Shown here: positions 60,831 to 64,000 of the stretch, piece by piece | Numbering within the stretch: position 1 is the first letter of the stretch | Layout: each line of letters opens with the position of its first letter | Source of the DNA: Macrostomum hystrix | Taxonomy: Eukaryota; Animalia; Platyhelminthes | DNA length: 64,000 nt | Direction: 5' to 3' | Assembly (NCBI GenBank): GCA_950097015.1 | Contig: CATNEN010000002.1 | Coordinates: forward strand, 3,720,001 to 3,784,000 | Notes under the pieces: model-generated | The model's database searches: none | The model's input: only the letters and a program-made list of their open reading frames with translations | What the model was told of the DNA's origin: nothing | Translations under genes and position numbers: made by a program

Positions 60831-62249
60831 ACGGGCAAGACGAATTAGAGGAGAAATGAGGCAGAGGAAAGATGAAACAGGATACTGTAGGTGTCGGAAG
60901 AGGCAACGGGCCGGGTTTGGGAGCTCCAAGGGCCGCATCAGGATCGCGGGCCGGAGTTTGCCGACTCGTGCTCTATTGGGTATTTAAACCATTAAAATCT
61001 CACCAAATGGAACAAAAATATTGGTTGCAAAAGGACAAACTACAAAGTTTCCTAATTTAGTCTATATCGGAAGTCAGTCTCCAGTTTCCTTACAACCACT
61101 CAGTCTGGTCTATATTTAACTCCGCTTCTAGTCTACTTCGGCTTTCCAATCATACTCAGAATTTTCGACAGGTGATTAATTAAATAAGCCCAGCTGCTTC
61201 CTTAGATACAAGAAATTCTTTAAAAATAGGAACTGCTTCTTCAAATGTATTTTCTTTTGCAGAAGGGACAGACAAGATCGTGTGTTGCTGGACGGGGGTT
61301 GCATGCGTGTCAGAGGCAGTATTTCATGGGATTAGGAATAGAGAATTAAGCAGTGCTGCCTCCTCCACTAGGACTTGTCTACAAGCACCTTCACCATTAT
61401 ATTTTTTACGGCCCAGACTGGCTGTGTAGTAGCGGCCGGAGAGAAGGGAAAAATGGAGCTGAGGATGCGAGAAAATTGATGGGATGGGAGACTGGGCTGA
61501 GAGAGAGATGCAAGAGTGCATCATGCAGCTAGTGATGTTTTGGTTAGGTTATTTATGTGATTGTCGATGTTTGTAAGCAAGTCACAGCCAAGTCATTATC
61601 AACAAGCATGCATGGAAGCACATAGCAATAAATCTTTATAATTAGCTAACTGTTGGTGTAATTACAATATATCCAATATTGTAAATATCATGAAGGCTTA
61701 GCAAAGCATTGGGGGATTGAGCCTCGTTTTGGTCTAGGATTAAAAATAATATCACGTGTCCTAAATCGGCGAGAAAACATTTTCAGTACGCAACTCTGCC
61801 CAATGTACTTTTCCAGTCTATCCTTGTCCTCCGTCAGTCCTGTCCTCCCACCAGTTCAACTTGCTCCGTCCTTCGCTCTCCGCAATGTACTTCGCAGTCA
61901 ATCTGGCCTCGATTATGGACCAACTGATCCGTTCTTTCAGTGCTGTGTACTTTCCACGTCTTCTGCACCTTGGGATAGGAAAAGTAAAGCAGTTAAGAAA
62001 TTTACCCGAGTTTGAACATTTATTTCTATCCTGGGCAAAGCTTTGAAGGATGGGATAAATTTGGTCAGCGAGTCTTTCTTCCCCATTTCTCGTCCCTCCA
62101 CAAGGAGAAGACGCAGACAGGCCTAGGGCGAGGAGAGCACCAAAATATGATTCGTCCTTTCTACCATTACAGCTAGATTCCCTCCCCGCAGTCCCCGGCC
62201 TGTATTTCCTAAACACAATTTTCCTCCCACTCAGCCGCCCTCCGTCTGC

Positions 62250-62380
62250 GGGTAGCCAATGAAAGAGGAGGCTTGGCAGGCTTGTTGAAGGGTGGGGGCG
62301 CAATCAATGTGTGCAGTTGCAGTGGGACATTCAGCCAAATGTTACACACGCACACACTGGGGGCATATAAATATCTGAAT
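62250..62380 (+). promoter_or_regulatory. Candidate core promoter of the IRS-like gene
   Basis: CCAAT near 62256, GC-rich GGGGCG, TATAAATA at 62366-62373, and a GTAAGT donor near 62452 that could close a 5'UTR exon. Confidence 0.4.
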
Positions 62381-62849
62381 TATGTATGTCAGCGCGTCTG
62401 TGTATGTAAACAAACTACTTATAAGTTTGGATCATCAATCTTTACTGTCTGAGTAAGTAGTTGAACCTTGTCGTTTGTTTTATTTTTATTGGTCTATTCT
62501 TCTCTCTAGAAGCGAGTTAGAGTTTATTGCTTCGCTTTGCTTTGTTTGGCAATTTAAGAAAGACCAGAAGCACTTGTACGAGTATTTAGTTATATTTTTC
62601 TTTGCTGCAACACTAACTGTGTGTTATGCCTATTAAGAGGGACTGAGATTTTCAGTTTAAAGAGAAACGTTTATAATAGGACCCATACGTTGCCTTGAGT
62701 TTGTGAGACCCAGGCATTATCGAGCATTCGTGCGCTGAGTACCACTGCACCAAAGTGTGGCCAACCTGTGTGGCTTAAACTCACAGTATGATTCAATCAT
62801 CATTGCTTTCAGTTTGACACATTTAAGCAGCCAATCTGCATGCTCAACT

Positions 62850-63197
62850 ATGGACGACAGCGCCTCGTTAGAGGACAGCTCCATGACCATTGTTCAGGGT
62901 GACAGCACCATCGCCTTCGCCTATATCAAGGAGGTGCAGTCGAAGAAGAAACGGTTTTACGTGCTAAGATCGCAGCCGCGAAGGAACGGCTCCCCAACAT
63001 CGTCCACTTCTTCCGATTTCGAATTGTCGGCCAAGTCGTCCATTAGTCAGCCTCCCAACTGCCTCCTGTACGCCTATAAGAATAAGAAATTCTTCGAGAG
63101 AGGCGAAGCTAAACGGGTGTACGATCTAGCCAATGTCATCCTATTGTCCAGGTGTACCAAAAAGGCTAACAAAACCATACTGGGCATTTGCTTTCAA
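62850..63197 (+). CDS. First coding exon of an insulin receptor substrate-like PH-domain adaptor; gene continues beyond the window
   Basis: MDD...AYIKEVQSKKKRFYVLR...LYAYKNKKFFERGEAKRVYDLANVILLSRCTKKANKTILGI resembles the IRS PH domain (GYLRK..SMHKRFFVLR...LEYYENEKKW...PKRSIPL...INKR.D.KNKHLVAL). Donor CAA|GTGAGC at 63197/63198. Confidence 0.65.
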
Positions 63198-63240
63198 GTG
63201 AGCAATCGTTTAGTTTAGTTCTTAACAATGGTGACTCTCA

Positions 63241-64000
63241 TTGTCTAGAAAGTAGCGATTCTCATAGTCTAGAAAGTAGCGATTCTCATAGTCCAGAAAG
63301 TAGCGATTCTCATAGTCTAGAAAGTAGCGATTCTCATAGTCTAGAAAGTAGCGATTCTCATAGTCTAGAAAGTAGCGATTCTCATAGTCTTGAAAGTAGC
63401 GATTCTCATAGTCTTGAAAGTAGCGATTCTCATAGTCTTGAAAGTAGCGATTCTCATAGTCTAGAAAGTAGCGATTCTCATAGTCTAGAAAGTAGCGATT
63501 CTCATAGTCTAGAAAGTAGCGATTCTCATAGTCTAGAAAGTAGCGATTCTCGTAGTCTAGAAAGTAGCGATTCTCATAGTCTAGAAAGTAGCGATTCTCA
63601 TAGTCTAGAAAGTAGCGATTCTCATTATCGAGAAAATAGCGATTCTCATAGTCTAGAAAGTAGCGATTCTCATAGTCTAGAAAGTAGCGATTCTCATAGT
63701 CTAGAAAGTAGCGATTCTCATAGTCTAGAAAGTAGCGATTCTCATAGTCCAGAAAGTAGCGATTCTCATAGTCTTGAAAGTAGCGATTCTCATAGTCTAG
63801 AAAGTAGCGATTCTCATAGTCTAGAAAGTAGCGATTCTCATAGTCTAGAAAGTAGCGATTCTCATAGTCTAGAAAGTAGCGATTCTCATAGTCTAGAAAG
63901 TAGCGATTCTCATAGTCTAGAAAGTAGCGATTCTCATAGTCTAGAAAGTAGCGATTCTCATAGTCTAGAAAGTAGCGATTCTCATAGTCTAGAAAGTAGC
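63241..64000. repeat. 24-nt minisatellite in intron 1 of the IRS-like gene
   Basis: Unit TAGTCTAGAAAGTAGCGATTCTCA, >30 copies, running off the window. Confidence 0.98.

Noticed and set aside
61090-62303. ORFs 61818-62303 and neighbours as retroelement or coding remnants
   Set aside because: No recognisable RT, integrase or other motifs, and the frames are short and interrupted.

Overview
Eukaryotic, intron-containing genomic DNA, most likely from a Macrostomum-like flatworm. This is an inference from a 41/44 match to the M. lignano spliced-leader (SL) sequence as I recall it, plus polyQ-rich genes and minisatellite-filled introns. The left part (1-36.2 kb) holds five minus-strand genes whose exons I could join in frame through GT-AG sites: KLHL8, an uncharacterised Gly-rich ~816-aa protein, DCAF10, WDR53 and LARP1 (LARP1 runs off the window). 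The main finding is at 41.8-54.5 kb: two paralogous genes arranged head-to-head. The ORF track splits each into three pieces, but each splices in frame into one large protein (~1870 and ~1505 aa). Both carry an N-myristoylation motif, ~31 or ~21 divergent Cys-rich 33-aa ankyrin-like repeats, three canonical ankyrin repeats and a cGAS/Mab-21-like nucleotidyltransferase (cGLR) with intact GS and DxD...D catalytic motifs. This is a sensor-array plus second-messenger-synthase architecture, like an NLR. Other observations: two genes lack an in-frame ATG and could take it from the SL; an SL-like relic lies at 55212; a strong heat-shock element array plus TATA faces KLHL8; there is a WSC+PAN pseudogene, two tRNA-derived SINE families, a hAT-type MITE with 8-bp TSD, many intron-specific minisatellites and the first coding exon of an IRS-like PH-domain gene. 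All homology calls come from motif recognition by eye; no database search was run.
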